Source of the DNA: an uncultured Prevotellaceae bacterium
Lineage (GTDB): Bacteria > Bacteroidota > Bacteroidia > Bacteroidales > Bacteroidaceae
Assembly: GCA_902770195.1 (NCBI GenBank)
Contig: CACXSA010000002.1
Span: forward strand, 5,867 to 69,866
DNA length: 64,000 nt
Direction of reading: 5' to 3'
Shown here: piece by piece, positions 9,669 through 19,394 of the stretch
Layout: each line of letters opens with the position of its first letter
Numbering within the stretch: the first letter of the stretch is position 1
Program-made: the position numbers and the translations under genes
The notes under the pieces: generated by a model
Told to the model about the DNA's origin: nothing
What the model saw: the letters and a program-made list of their open reading frames with translations, nothing else
The model's database searches: none

Positions 9669-10808
9669 TTAATCGTTGATTGGAGTCACCCAACGTGGGT
9701 CACCTGTGCCAAGTTCAGCCTGCTTAGAACCCTTGATGGTGAAGTCACCCTTTGAAGGATCAGCAAACTGAGGATCTTCCTCAATGTTTGTACCAGATGT
9801 ATCGTAGTTCTGAGGATCCTGGAAGGTTCCATCAGCCTTCATATAGGTGTTGTTTAGGAAGGTTGCTGTAGGCTGGTTAGCCTTACCCTGCAGGAAACGG
9901 CGAGGAACGCTACCGCTGGTTGAGCAGTTCCAGAAAATACAATTCTTCATGTTCCAGTAAGAAGTGGTCTTACCAAAGATACCGTTGTAGTTACCCCACT
10001 GTCCGTCATTCTGACAAACATTGTAGAATGTGCAGCTCTCATAAGTCAAAGTGTTGTCCTCCCATCCGAAAGCTTCCTTTGCTTGAGCAATTCCGAAGCC
10101 ACCATAGCGTACGAAGTAGCGGAAGCCGAAATCGGTAGTGTTGTAGAACGTAGAGTTCTTAACAGTCAGGTTCTTAGCGAAGCCACCACCATTGTTGAGG
10201 TAGAAATAAGCATAGTTGTTATTGTTGGTAGATGTGCTCAGACGTACAATACTGTTATCAACCAAAATAGTGGTGGGGAACCATACGCCGTTGTTCTCAA
10301 TCTTGTTGTCGGTCAGGAAGAAAGAGTTCACACCGTCAACATAACAGTTGATAACCTCGATAGGATCAGCAATCAGATAGAAATAGTAGTCTGTATCCCA
10401 TGCATTAACTTTTGATGCGTTAACGGCAGGATTCTTGCTCAACTGGATAAATGGAGCCTTGGATGCGTTACAGTCGAACTTAATGTTCTTCAGTGTCAGT
10501 CCACCATTAATGATGAAACCAGCATCTTCAGAGTTAAATACAATCGTAGCGGGCTCTTTCTCGTCACCAACGATAGTGATTGGTCTTACAAACTCAACGG
10601 GCTCGTTCAGAACGAGTTCAACGCCAGCAGGCAGTGTTACTACACCCTTGGCATCAACGAACTTTGTAGCAACCTCAGCAAGGTCCATACCATTGTCGAT
10701 AACAGCTTCTGTAGGACCTGTACCACTTGGGTTGTCAACCTTGTCGCAAGACTGGAAGCTGAAAGCGCAAGCAAGAAGAGCTGCGCAGAAAATCAAACTT
10801 TTCTTCAT
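9669..10808 (-). CDS. Surface lipoprotein with DUF4957/DUF5123-like beta-helix (probable glycan-binding protein), paralog A
   Basis: Lipobox FQSC; NSTFYN repeats; C-terminal GTGDPRW. Confidence 0.75.
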   Translation of the reverse strand: MKKSLIFCAALLACAFSFQSCDKVDNPSGTGPTEAVIDNGMDLAEVATKFVDAKGVVTLPAGVELVLNEPVEFVRPITIVGDEKEPATIVFNSEDAGFIINGGLTLKNIKFDCNASKAPFIQLSKNPAVNASKVNAWDTDYYFYLIADPIEVINCYVDGVNSFFLTDNKIENNGVWFPTTILVDNSIVRLSTSTNNNNYAYFYLNNGGGFAKNLTVKNSTFYNTTDFGFRYFVRYGGFGIAQAKEAFGWEDNTLTYESCTFYNVCQNDGQWGNYNGIFGKTTSYWNMKNCIFWNCSTSGSVPRRFLQGKANQPTATFLNNTYMKADGTFQDPQNYDTSGTNIEEDPQFADPSKGDFTIKGSKQAELGTGDPRWVTPIND

Positions 10809-11041
10809 AATCTTTTGTTTTAGTTTAAATAAATATGGTTTAATATTATATAGTTCTGTTTTGTGAGTGACAGCCTCCATAGGAGGGTGAGTCATTGCAC
10901 ATTGCGCTGCAAATTTAGATAATTTTTTGCGAAAATCACAACTTTTTTCTCACTTTTTTTACATTCTGCTGATTTTTATGCCCTCCAGATACTGGTTCCG
11001 TGCTATTTTCCTTCTCTTTAGATATGGTAAAGGGCATTTTA

Positions 11042-11189
11042 GTCCGTAGGGCTCGGATTTTTTGTCCGAAGCCTTCGGACTGGCAGTCCGTAAGGACGGA
11101 CAAAAATTCAATAAGGCAGCCTTATTCTCCAATAACCCTGCCTTATTTCTGAATAACCCTGCCTTATTTCTGAATAACCCTGCCTTATT
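11042..11189. repeat. Intergenic tandem array: three 22-bp GTCCG..CGGA units, then four 21-bp AATAACCCTGCCTTATT units
   Basis: Unit starts at 11042/11064/11086 and 11110/11131/11152/11173. Confidence 0.9.
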
Positions 11190-11214
11190 TTCAGAAAAAA
11201 AAAGGAAAATAGTT

Positions 11215-11237
11215 ACATTTATTATCTTAAAACGTCT
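11215..11237 (+). promoter_or_regulatory. Candidate ECF-sigma promoter ACATTTA-N11-CGTCT upstream of the susCD operon
   Basis: Same motif and spacing as 5998-6020; 35 nt before the ATG. Confidence 0.55.
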
Positions 11238-11272
11238 TAAATAACGTAAAGCTTTACAATAGTAACTACTAA

Positions 11273-12190
11273 ATGGACAAATCAAAAGTCAGAAAACGCC
11301 TGATTTTAGGGGTTTTAGCCGTACTTACAGTATGGCCATCCTGCATGTTGGCTCAACCGCAATATCGTGTGGCTGCTTGTGACTGGATGATGCTGAAACG
11401 CCAAAAACTGGGTGAATTCCAATTAGCAAAAGACATTCATGCTGACGGAGTGGAAGTCGATATGGGCCCGCTGGGAAAGCGTGTCCTGTTCGAGAACAAG
11501 TTGCGCGAACCGCATTTCCAGCAGCTTTTCCGTCGTACTGCCGATTCGTTAGGCGTTGCTGTTCCCTCCATTGCTATGTCAGGTTTCTTTGCCCAAAGTT
11601 TCCTGAAGCGCGAGAATTACAAGGACCTGATAGAAGACTGCCTAAAGACAATGGATGTGTTCGGTGCCAAGGTCGCCTTCCTACCCCTCGGAGGTAGCGG
11701 ACATGAGTGGAAACAAGCAGGTGAAGAACACAAAGAAATGGTGCGCCGACTGCATGAAGTTGGCGAGATGGCGCAGGCAGCAGGCAAGGTGATAGGCATC
11801 CGCACACAGCTTGACGCGCGCGCGAACATTAAATTATTAGATGAGGTAAACAGCGAAGGCATCAAGATTTATTATAATCTGCAGGACGCCGTTGATCAGG
11901 GACTGGACCCTTCGAAAGAACTCAAGTTGTTAGGACGCGACCGCATTGCCCAGATACATGCCTCGCTGACGGATAGTGTGACGCTCGACAAAGACCCTCG
12001 CATTGATATGCTTAAAATCAAGAAAGCCCTCGACAAGATGAAGTGGAGCGGGTGGCTCGTGGTAGAGCGAAGCCGTAATGCCAAGGATGTGCGCAATGTG
12101 CGTGGTAACTTCGGCACCAATGTGGCTTATCTGAAAGAAATATTCTCTGCTCAGGCAGAGCATAAACGCGATAAAAATGAGAACAAATAA
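11273..12190 (+). CDS. Sugar phosphate isomerase/epimerase (xylose isomerase-like TIM barrel), probably exported
   Basis: DWMMLKRQKLG, ADGVEVDMG, IAQIH and WSGWLVVE motifs; hydrophobic N-terminal signal. Confidence 0.8.
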   Translation: MDKSKVRKRLILGVLAVLTVWPSCMLAQPQYRVAACDWMMLKRQKLGEFQLAKDIHADGVEVDMGPLGKRVLFENKLREPHFQQLFRRTADSLGVAVPSIAMSGFFAQSFLKRENYKDLIEDCLKTMDVFGAKVAFLPLGGSGHEWKQAGEEHKEMVRRLHEVGEMAQAAGKVIGIRTQLDARANIKLLDEVNSEGIKIYYNLQDAVDQGLDPSKELKLLGRDRIAQIHASLTDSVTLDKDPRIDMLKIKKALDKMKWSGWLVVERSRNAKDVRNVRGNFGTNVAYLKEIFSAQAEHKRDKNENK

Positions 12191-12206
12191 TTAATTACTA
12201 ACTAAA

Positions 12207-13727
12207 ATGCTTATGAAAAAGAATCATTTATTAGCAACAATGAAGACATGCCTACTGCTATCGGCAGGTGTGTTCTTGGCTTCATGTGCACAGGATGGTT
12301 TTGAAAAAGAGTCATTCGTTGGTACGTATCCTGGTTTCCAGCTCACGACCCCAGATGCCTCTACAGTTACAGTCAAGGCCAGCTCTGACAAGCAGTCCCA
12401 GACGATTACGTGGGATGCTATCAATGGTGCAGGAACTTACACGGTTAATGTTTTCCAAGGCGACACGCGTGACGAATGTACCAATGTCATAGCCAAGGAT
12501 CGTGTGACAAAGGTCAATTATGTGACGATTCCTCGAATCGACAAGACCTATTACTACATCACGATTAAGGTTAATGACAACATTCCAGAAGGAAACACTG
12601 CTCCAGAAGGTATTACTACGTTCGGGTGGGACACCTATACCATTGATTTGGGTGTTATTCCTGCTCGTTCGGACATTGCGGCTTACTTTAAGGCAAATCC
12701 CATTCCTGTAAGCTACAGAGGTTCAGACATCACCTACACGCTTGAGGCTGGTGGACAGTATGAAATCTCTGATACTGTGGATGTTGACGGATTCATGTTC
12801 AACCTGGTTTCCGAGGACGAGAACAACCCTGCTAAGGTGACGTTCAAGGCAAATGAAGAAGGTTCTAAGCCCAAAGTAGCTTTCTGCGTTGGTGGAGGCT
12901 TGGGTCTGAAATACATTGATTTCGACTGCACAAACCTTGACGGTGCCTTCATACTGTTGTCGAAGAAGCCTGTGGAGACTCCAGTCAAGGTAAATGCATG
13001 GAATACAGACTACCATTTCTATCAGGTTAGTGAGCCTATCTCTGTTATTAGTTGTAATATAGACAACTTGAGTTCATTCTTCTTGACAGATGCTAAGTTT
13101 GGTGAAAATGGAGTATGGTTCCTAACAACAGTTCTGGTTGACGACTGTGTAGTTCACCTTACTACACCAGCCGACAATTCAAATAATGGTTATTTCTATA
13201 CCAACAATGGTGGTGGATTCATCAAGGATATGACCGTTAAGAACTCTACGTTCTATAACACCACAGACTTTGGTTTCAAATACTTTGTTCGTTACGGTGG
13301 CTTTGGAATTGACCAAGCAAAGGAAGCCTTCGGATGGGAAACAACTACGTTGACCTATGAGAGCTGTACATTCTGGAATGTTTGTCAAAATGACGGACAG
13401 TGGGGTAACTACAATGGTATTTATGGAAAGCCTACTTCATTCTGGGTAATGACCAACTGTATTTTCTGGAACTGCTCAACCAGCGGTAGTGTTCCCCGTC
13501 GTTTCCTGCACGGAAAAGATTATGCTTCAAATCCTGAGAACAAGACGTTCCTGAACAATACCTATATGAAGAAGGATGGAACATTCCAGGATCCTCAGAC
13601 CTACGATACATCTGGTACAAACATCGAGGAAGATCCACACTTTGCTAACCCTGCCAATGGTGATTTCCACATCAGCAATTCTAAGCAGGCTACGCTCGGC
13701 ACCGGTGACCCACGCTGGCTTCCTTAA
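12207..13727 (+). CDS. Surface lipoprotein with DUF4957/DUF5123-like domain, paralog B
   Basis: Lipobox LASC; C-terminal half highly similar to 9669-10808; ends GTGDPRWLP. Confidence 0.75.
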   Translation: MLMKKNHLLATMKTCLLLSAGVFLASCAQDGFEKESFVGTYPGFQLTTPDASTVTVKASSDKQSQTITWDAINGAGTYTVNVFQGDTRDECTNVIAKDRVTKVNYVTIPRIDKTYYYITIKVNDNIPEGNTAPEGITTFGWDTYTIDLGVIPARSDIAAYFKANPIPVSYRGSDITYTLEAGGQYEISDTVDVDGFMFNLVSEDENNPAKVTFKANEEGSKPKVAFCVGGGLGLKYIDFDCTNLDGAFILLSKKPVETPVKVNAWNTDYHFYQVSEPISVISCNIDNLSSFFLTDAKFGENGVWFLTTVLVDDCVVHLTTPADNSNNGYFYTNNGGGFIKDMTVKNSTFYNTTDFGFKYFVRYGGFGIDQAKEAFGWETTTLTYESCTFWNVCQNDGQWGNYNGIYGKPTSFWVMTNCIFWNCSTSGSVPRRFLHGKDYASNPENKTFLNNTYMKKDGTFQDPQTYDTSGTNIEEDPHFANPANGDFHISNSKQATLGTGDPRWLP

Positions 13728-13757
13728 GTATAATCTTCAACTAAAGAGCATATTATT

Positions 13758-16700
13758 ATGAATAAGACTATAAAATCTTTTCTGTTGGGCATAGCAATGC
13801 TGTGTGCACTGCCTATGATGGCCCAGAACAAGGTGGTAACGGGTACGGTCATTGACGAACTGGGTGAGCCTGTTATCGGTGCTACAGTACGCGTAGAAGG
13901 CACTAAGACCGCTACCGTTACTGACTTTGACGGTAACTATAAATTGGAAGTTCCACAAAATGGTAAAGTCATTATTTCCTATATCGGTTATAAAGATACA
14001 CCAACCACTGGTGGTAAGGTACAGCTGGAAACTAATAACACCGACTTGCAGGAAGTGGTAGTCGTTGGTTATGGTGTACAGAAGAAGGCCCACTTGACAG
14101 GTTCTGTAGGTACAGTCGATATGAATGACGTTCAGGACCTTGCAGGCGGTAGCCTCGGTTCTACGCTGAGCGGACTGGTTAATGGTCTGTCAGTAGCTGG
14201 TGGTGATTCTCGTCCTGGTGAGCGTGCCGAGCTGTACGTTCGTGATGCTCGTTCACTGGCCTCTCTGAGTGGTAATGTTGACACCAACACATCTCCAGAG
14301 CCTTTGTATGTTATTGATGGATATATCTATCCGAACGACGTGAAGATGGGTAACATCCGTCAGAACCCTGGTGCTGAGGCTTTCAGCAATCTGGATCCCT
14401 CAGAAGTTGAGAGCATCTCTGTATTGAAGGATGCCGCTGCTGCGGTTTATGGTGCCCGTGCTGCTAACGGTGTTATCCTGGTTACCACGAAGAAAGGTAA
14501 GCAGGGTGCTCCCCGTATCTCTTATAGTGGTAGCTTCGGTATTGCTGACGAGATTTCCCGTCCTTCTATGCTGAGTGCTTATGACTTTGGCCGACTGGTG
14601 AATATCGTAACAGCCAGGAATCCCAAGAATGCCTCTTTGGACAACTTGACCCAGCTCTTCCAAAGTGATGAGTTGGAAGCAATGAAGGGTCTGAATTATG
14701 ACCTGTTGGACAAGTATTGGAAGACCGGTTATACACAGAAGCACAATGTCAATGTAAGTGGTGCTACGGATAATGTGAACTACTTTGCTTCTGTAGGTTA
14801 CTTCAAGCAGGATGGTAACATGGGTAATCTCGACTATGACCGTTGGAACTATCGTGCAGGTGTTGACGTGAAAATCAGCAAGTGGCTGTCTGCCAACCTG
14901 AATGTCAGCGGTGACTATGGTAAGAAGAATTCTCCTTATGTATCTGTAGGTGGTTCTGGTACGGAAGACTATCAGCGTCTGCTGACCCGTCCATACTACT
15001 TGCCAGAGTATGTTGATGGACATGCTTTGCTGCCTTACGGTATCAGCAATACTTCTGATGGCAATAACTTGAGAACATACCATTATGATATTCTTCAGAA
15101 TCATGGTGACTACACTAGAAACATGGATTCTAACTCTACCATCAATGGCCGTATCTCTTACGATTTTGGGTGGAGCAAAATCCTGAAGGGCTTGAAGGTT
15201 AGCTTCTCTTATGCTAAGAGCATCAACACCAGCAAGACCAACCAGTTTGGTTCGAAATATGACCTTTATGAAATGACGCACCGCTATGGTTGCGGAATGC
15301 ACCTTTATACCCCAACCAGTGGTGATGATCCTACTTACGAATATCTGGCAGAGTCTAATTTCAACCAGCGCACCCAGAACAACGGTGACTTCTTGAGCCG
15401 TCAGATGATTCGCACGGACAACTATCAGCTCAACCTCACGTTCCAGTATAACCGTAAGTTTGGTTTGCATGATGTCAGTGCCCTGTTCTCTATCGAGAAG
15501 TCTGAGACAGAGAGTGAGTTCAACTTCTCTAAGGCTACTTCTCCATATGAATTTACCAACTACCAGTATTCTGGTGTTAACAAGGACGAGTCGGAGGTTT
15601 CTGTTAACTTCAGTCGTTCAGAAGGTGGTATGCTCTCTTACATTTGGCGTGCCAACTATGCTTATAGTGACAAGTATCTCGTTGAGTTCTTGCTACGTTC
15701 GGATGCTTCCACCAAGTTCGCTCCTAAGAACTACTGGGGAACCTTCCCAACATTCAGCTTGGGTTGGGTAATGAGTGAGGAACCATTCTTCAAGAATACG
15801 AAATGGCTCACATGGATTGACTTCCTGAAGATTCGTGCTTCTTATGGTATCACAGGTCGTGATAACATTGCTCCTTGGCAATGGCAGGCTACCTATAACC
15901 TTGACCCGAATAAGGGTTCCGTATTTGGTGAAGGAACAGGTAATGCCTCTGGTGGTCGTATCACCATGAACAAAAACTCAGCAACTTATAACGAGGATGT
16001 ACATTGGAGTAAGTCATATAAGACTAACGTTGGTCTTGACTTCCGCTTCTTGAATCAGCGTTTAAGTGTAGGATTCGATTATTACTATGAGCGTAACCGT
16101 GATATCCTGTTGAACTATACCAGCCTTATTCCTTCTACTGTTGGTAACCAGAGTGCTCCTTACAACTATGGTAGCATGGACAACTGGGGATGGGAGCTCA
16201 GTATTGGATGGCGCGACAAGATTGGCAAGGACTTTAAGTATCATGTAAACCTGAATACAGGATATCATGACAATAAGGTCAACGAGCAGCAGTGGGCTAC
16301 TTCTGACTTCTATAAGGCTGTTCGTCCTGGCGACCGTTCCGACAATGGTCTTTGGGGTTACCAGTGTCTGGGTATGTTCCGTACTTACCACGATATCGAT
16401 CAATACTTCGACACTTATCTGAAGAAGGATGATGGCTCATACGGTAAATATCTCGGTATGGAGAAGAAGGATGTTCATCCTGGTATGTTGATTTACAAGG
16501 ATATTCGTGGTGCCTATAATCAGGCAACAGGCGAATATGCTGGACCTGACCATGAGGTGACTGCAGAGGATGAGGTTCAGTTGAGCAAGCGTAGCAACAA
16601 TATCTATGGCTTCACTATCAATGCTGGTGCAGAGTGGAAAGGTATTCAGTTCACCATGCAGTTCGGTGCCAACTGGGGTTCTTACACAACGGTTCCAAGC

Positions 16701-17108
16701 AAGGCACTGACCTATTCGGATGACTTTACCAACATGCCTTCGTTCTGGAATCCTGACGATGTATTCGTTTATGATGATATCTACGATGGACAAGGCAATA
16801 TGATTCAGAAGGCTAATCGTAATGCTAGCATGCCTAACCCTGGCTTCAGCATCAACAGTGCTGCATCTTCATTCTGGCGCATCAGTGCTGCCCGAGTTAC
16901 TTTGAATCGTCTGACGGTGGCTTATAACCTGCCCAAGGCTTGGTTCAAGGGTATTGGCATTCAGAGCGCACGTATCAACGTGACTGGCCAGAACTTGATT
17001 AACTTCTACAACGACAATCCTGACAAGTTCTTCAATCCGATGGCAGGAAACTATGGAACCTATCCTAACCTGCGTAAGTGGACGATTGGTGTCAACGTGG
17101 GATTCTAA
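13758..17108 (+). CDS. susC: SusC/RagA TonB-dependent glycan transporter
   Basis: GEPVIGATV, LQEVVVVGYG, ESISVLKDAAAAVYGARAANGVILVTTKKG; C-terminal F. Confidence 0.95.
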   Translation: MNKTIKSFLLGIAMLCALPMMAQNKVVTGTVIDELGEPVIGATVRVEGTKTATVTDFDGNYKLEVPQNGKVIISYIGYKDTPTTGGKVQLETNNTDLQEVVVVGYGVQKKAHLTGSVGTVDMNDVQDLAGGSLGSTLSGLVNGLSVAGGDSRPGERAELYVRDARSLASLSGNVDTNTSPEPLYVIDGYIYPNDVKMGNIRQNPGAEAFSNLDPSEVESISVLKDAAAAVYGARAANGVILVTTKKGKQGAPRISYSGSFGIADEISRPSMLSAYDFGRLVNIVTARNPKNASLDNLTQLFQSDELEAMKGLNYDLLDKYWKTGYTQKHNVNVSGATDNVNYFASVGYFKQDGNMGNLDYDRWNYRAGVDVKISKWLSANLNVSGDYGKKNSPYVSVGGSGTEDYQRLLTRPYYLPEYVDGHALLPYGISNTSDGNNLRTYHYDILQNHGDYTRNMDSNSTINGRISYDFGWSKILKGLKVSFSYAKSINTSKTNQFGSKYDLYEMTHRYGCGMHLYTPTSGDDPTYEYLAESNFNQRTQNNGDFLSRQMIRTDNYQLNLTFQYNRKFGLHDVSALFSIEKSETESEFNFSKATSPYEFTNYQYSGVNKDESEVSVNFSRSEGGMLSYIWRANYAYSDKYLVEFLLRSDASTKFAPKNYWGTFPTFSLGWVMSEEPFFKNTKWLTWIDFLKIRASYGITGRDNIAPWQWQATYNLDPNKGSVFGEGTGNASGGRITMNKNSATYNEDVHWSKSYKTNVGLDFRFLNQRLSVGFDYYYERNRDILLNYTSLIPSTVGNQSAPYNYGSMDNWGWELSIGWRDKIGKDFKYHVNLNTGYHDNKVNEQQWATSDFYKAVRPGDRSDNGLWGYQCLGMFRTYHDIDQYFDTYLKKDDGSYGKYLGMEKKDVHPGMLIYKDIRGAYNQATGEYAGPDHEVTAEDEVQLSKRSNNIYGFTINAGAEWKGIQFTMQFGANWGSYTTVPSKALTYSDDFTNMPSFWNPDDVFVYDDIYDGQGNMIQKANRNASMPNPGFSINSAASSFWRISAARVTLNRLTVAYNLPKAWFKGIGIQSARINVTGQNLINFYNDNPDKFFNPMAGNYGTYPNLRKWTIGVNVGF

Positions 17109-17138
17109 TCTATTATTCTATCTTAAAAGAAAACAATT

Positions 17139-19388
17139 ATGAAAAATAGTATCAAGTATTTCGGATTCCTGTTGTTGGGAGCTACAGCCCTCACTTCTTG
17201 CAGCGACAAGTTCTTGGAAGAGAAACAGAATTATGACGCTACAGGACAGGATGTATATAATTACTACGTAGGTGCTAAGGGTCGTATCAACGACCTCTAT
17301 GGATGGTGTCTGCCTGATGTTGCAGATATGAACTGGCGGTATCCTTCTGTTGGTAGAGGCGACGAAGCCGGCAAATCAACAGAGGAATATACCGGGTTCT
17401 CTAAGTTTGTTGATGGAACCGATAACCCCATGCAGTCTTTAACAAAGACCAATGAGGTGTTAGACTATTTTGGTGGTGGCAACATGGATAATGTACAGGA
17501 GGCTGTTTATGGTGCAATCCGTAACATTAACAATGCTATTGAGGGTATCAATGCAAGTACTTTGACTCAGGAACAGAAAGATGAGCTCTTAGGCCAGGCT
17601 TACTTCTTCCGTGCATGGACTTATTATAAACTGGTGAAGTGGTATGGTGGTGTGCCCATCGTAGATAAGGTGCTCGAGCCCAATTCCTCTGCCTTCACAC
17701 AGCGTTCCAGTGCTAAGAAGTGTTTCGAATTTATCATTAACGATCTGGAAACAGCAGCAGAGAAACTGGCTCCTTTCACCACTAACGGTGGTTGGGAAAG
17801 TTCTGATAACTATGGACGTGTTACCTCTGGTACAGCATTGGCATTGAAAGGACGTGTGCTGACTTTGTGGTGCAGCCCTCTCTTCAACCGTGCCAAGGAT
17901 CCTGAGCGTTTCAAAGAGGCTTATGAGGAAATGTCAGCTGATTTGCACGTTATTGATGCTTGTGGATATGGTCTCTATGGTGAGGGAAATCCTGGAACGA
18001 ATGCCTCTACCTTTGCTGAAATGTTTGCTAACGTAAACAAGAATCCAGAGGCAGTATTTGTTACATTGTATAATACGCTAGTTGACTTCTCTGGTTATGC
18101 TGATAATGTTAAGCACAACCGCTGGGAGCGTGACATCCGTCCAGGTAATACTGGTGGAGGTGGCTATACCGCTTCGCAGATGATGGTGGACCTCTTTCCC
18201 ATGTCTGACGGTAAGCGTCCTGCCAGCTATACTGCTTACGAAAAATTGCCTCCCTCTTCTATTCCCTATGAGCAGCAGTATCCTTTTATGAACCGTGACC
18301 CACGTTTCTATCGTACATTTGCATTCCCTGGCGTACGTTGGGCTTACAAGACTGGCGGTTATGGCGATGCAACGGCAATGGACCCCCACAACCCCTCGTT
18401 CAACAAGGGTGCCGACTATGTGTTGTGGAACTATAACTGGTTCTATAATGGAGACATTCTGGACGAGAACAATACGAGCTACCGTGGTGCTGACAATCTC
18501 AGCAAAGCTGGTGGTATAATGGTACGCAAGAAGTCTGACGATGCAGATGTAAATGCTGCTGTATATGACTATCGTCCTGACGGACAAGGTGCCAAGAATG
18601 GTGGTTATGCTGTTCCTTTCTGCTCTGCTGCTCCGTTAATGGAACTGCGTTATGCGGAGGTGCTGCTGAACTTGGCTGAGGTAGCTTGCTACGCAGGTCA
18701 TACCGAAGAGTCTTATGCTATCTTGAAGCGTATCCGTCAGCGTGCAGGCTATACAGGCGACTGTGGTCTGACCGTTTCTTCTGATGAGGCAACATGTATC
18801 AGCGCCATCCTTTATGAGCGTCAGATAGAGTTTGCTTATGAAGGCAAACGTTTCGACGATATGCGCCGTTATATGCTCTTTGATGGTGGTGCAGAATTGC
18901 CTCAGGGTGCGCCAGACTCTTGGAAACCTACTGGTTGGAATGGTAATACCTGTGATTGGCTGAAGTTCAGACCATTCAACAACCAGCGTCGTGAGAGCTT
19001 CATGTATCAGGTTAACTGGGAGAATACTGATGAGTATAGCATAACTTCTGCTCGTCAGGACTATGACAAAGACCCGTTGTTGGAGTATTTGAATGACAAC
19101 GAAATTACACGTCCTGCCGGTGTTGACTTGCGTAAAGACCTGACTCAACAGCTTGAAGACCTGAAGAAGTTCTACAAGAACTACTTGGTTTATACCCAGC
19201 GTCCAGGTGATCCACGTAATGATAATCAAGACTATTCGCCGAAGTATATCAACTTCCTGCCAAAGTATTACTTCCTCGGTTTCCAACAAGGTGTATCTGC
19301 CCACAATCAGGGATTGTTGCAGACTATTGGTTGGGAGGACTATAACAACGGTGGTGCGCTAGGTACCTTCGACCCCTTGGCAGATTAA
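17139..19388 (+). CDS. susD: SusD/RagB glycan-binding lipoprotein
   Basis: Lipobox LTSC; GQAYFFRAWTYYKLVKWYGGVP, RDPRF, LRYAEVLLNLAE and ERQIEFAYEGKRFDDMRR motifs. Confidence 0.95.
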   Translation: MKNSIKYFGFLLLGATALTSCSDKFLEEKQNYDATGQDVYNYYVGAKGRINDLYGWCLPDVADMNWRYPSVGRGDEAGKSTEEYTGFSKFVDGTDNPMQSLTKTNEVLDYFGGGNMDNVQEAVYGAIRNINNAIEGINASTLTQEQKDELLGQAYFFRAWTYYKLVKWYGGVPIVDKVLEPNSSAFTQRSSAKKCFEFIINDLETAAEKLAPFTTNGGWESSDNYGRVTSGTALALKGRVLTLWCSPLFNRAKDPERFKEAYEEMSADLHVIDACGYGLYGEGNPGTNASTFAEMFANVNKNPEAVFVTLYNTLVDFSGYADNVKHNRWERDIRPGNTGGGGYTASQMMVDLFPMSDGKRPASYTAYEKLPPSSIPYEQQYPFMNRDPRFYRTFAFPGVRWAYKTGGYGDATAMDPHNPSFNKGADYVLWNYNWFYNGDILDENNTSYRGADNLSKAGGIMVRKKSDDADVNAAVYDYRPDGQGAKNGGYAVPFCSAAPLMELRYAEVLLNLAEVACYAGHTEESYAILKRIRQRAGYTGDCGLTVSSDEATCISAILYERQIEFAYEGKRFDDMRRYMLFDGGAELPQGAPDSWKPTGWNGNTCDWLKFRPFNNQRRESFMYQVNWENTDEYSITSARQDYDKDPLLEYLNDNEITRPAGVDLRKDLTQQLEDLKKFYKNYLVYTQRPGDPRNDNQDYSPKYINFLPKYYFLGFQQGVSAHNQGLLQTIGWEDYNNGGALGTFDPLAD

Positions 19389-19394
19389 TTATTT

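Noticed and set aside
11110-11189. Possible mini-CRISPR array
   Set aside because: Units are tandem with only 4-nt gaps, there are no unique spacers and no cas genes; the same applies to 59806-59923
10959-11285. Small ORFs with NKAGLF / NNPALF peptide repeats (also 59719-60011)
   Set aside because: These are translations of the 21-bp DNA arrays, open on both strands because 21 is a multiple of 3
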